Shown here one piece after another: positions 62,790-64,000 of a stretch of 64,000 nucleotides of DNA. Position numbers and translations under genes: made by a program. Below the pieces are notes generated by a model that had not been told where the DNA came from, ran no database searches, and saw only the letters and a list, made by a program, of their open reading frames with translations. This stretch comes from Macrostomum lignano (Eukaryota): positions 1 to 64,000 of the forward strand of contig NIVC01000763.1 in the NCBI GenBank assembly GCA_002269645.1, given 5' to 3'. Position 1 is the stretch's first letter. Every line of letters begins with the position of its first letter.

Positions 62790-63590
62790 GCCCTTTCTAA
62801 TCTAGTGCAATAATCCTTGGCTTATCGAGTGCAATAATCATTGGCTTATCAAGTGCAATAATCCTTGGTTTATCAAGCGCAGTAATCCTTGGCTTATCAA
62901 GTGCAATAATCCTTGGTGTATCAAATGCAATAATCTTTGGCTTATCAAGTGCAACAATCTTTGGTTTATCAAGCGCAGTAATCTTTGGCTTATCAAGTGC
63001 CAAGCTTATCAAGCGCAGTAATCCTTTGTTTGCCAAGCGCAGTAATCCTTGGTTTATCAAGTGCAGTAAGCCTTGGTCTATCAAGTGCAGTAATCGTTGG
63101 TCTATCAGGTGCAGAAATCATTGGTTTATCAAGTGCAGTAATTCTTGGTATATAAACTGCAGTAATCCTTGGTCTAACAAGTGCAGTAAGTCTTGGTTTA
63201 TCAAGTGCAGTAATCCTTGGTTTATCAAGTGCAATAAACCTTGGTTTATCAAGCGCAGTAATCTTTGGCTTATCAAGTGCAATAATCCTTGGTTTATCAA
63301 GCGCAGTAATCCTTGGCTTATCGAGTGCAATAATCCTTGGCTTATCAAGTGCAATAATCCTTGGCTTATCAAGTGCAATAATCCTTGGCTTATCAAGTGC
63401 AATAATCCTTGGTTTATCAAGTGCAGTAATCCTTGGCCTATCAAGTGCAATAATCCTTGGTTTATCAAGTGCAATAATCCTTGGTTTATCAAGTGCAATA
63501 ATCCTTGGTTTATCAAGTGCAGTGATCCTTGGCCTATCAAGTGCAATAATCCTTGGTTTATCAAGTGCAATAATCCTTGGTTTACAATCC
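62790..63590. repeat. 24-bp minisatellite, ARF intron
   Basis: Unit TTGG(T/C)TTATCAAGTGCA(A/G)TAATCC. Confidence 0.96.
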
Positions 63591-64000
63591 ATAACCTAGG
63601 TCTTTTTAATTAGTTTTTTAATAAAAGCTTTCAATAAAAAATTTATGCTACTTTTATTCTTTTATACACTACTAAGATTCGAACCCAGGTAGCTGCATTA
63701 TCAGTCCAGTTTGTTTACATCTAGGCTAGCTCTCATTGAAATTATAAATGAATTTGTAGCACTTATAATTCAACACTCACACCAAGTCAATTGAGTAAAA
63801 GTTACACGAGGCAGTTATGACATAATCAATTTCTTAGGCAAGTCAGTACCAGTGTCTATGAAAGTTAACAATATGGTTACGTAATATAAATTCAGTACTA
63901 CGCTATGCTTTCACACTCAAAGCTGTGACGCAATTCAATTGAGTGTCAAATTCAGCCAGTACACAGATGATAAATAAAGTGTATTGTGATGCAATCTATT

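Noticed and set aside
63675-63733. tRNA gene on the minus strand (B-box-like GGGTTCGAATC)
   Set aside because: I could not fold an acceptor stem or anticodon arm. At most it is a decayed tRNA-derived SINE head.

Overview
Eukaryotic (metazoan) genomic DNA with GT-AG introns. The GC-rich exons and introns filled with minisatellites suggest a free-living flatworm such as Macrostomum, but this is an inference. Gene models were rebuilt by hand with splice-phase checks: a secreted PAN/Apple + F-type lectin; a 916-aa ankyrin-repeat + Mab-21/cGAS-like nucleotidyltransferase whose three ORFs splice into one gene; a short GRIP-domain golgin (GOLGA4-like); EHBP1; intronless KDELR and RPS13; a tetraspanin; a double Ly6/uPAR-like protein; and the last exon of an ARF6-like GTPase. 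Mobile elements include a 6.36-kb hAT element with TIRs and an 8-bp TSD whose transposase is broken only at three homopolymers, several hAT and Harbinger MITEs, two IS630/Tc1-like pieces, a Merlin fragment, a decayed PHD-ORF1 LINE nested in a TIR element, and two Crypton-like remnants surrounded by a clustered CCATAGAC/GTCTATGG motif. The strongest leads are the ankyrin-cGAS-like receptor flanked by lectin copies and the CCATAGAC motif system. Other leads are complementary (TATC)n/(GATA)n arrays flanking one exon and minisatellite families shared between distant introns. All protein-family calls come from motifs recognised by eye; no search was run.
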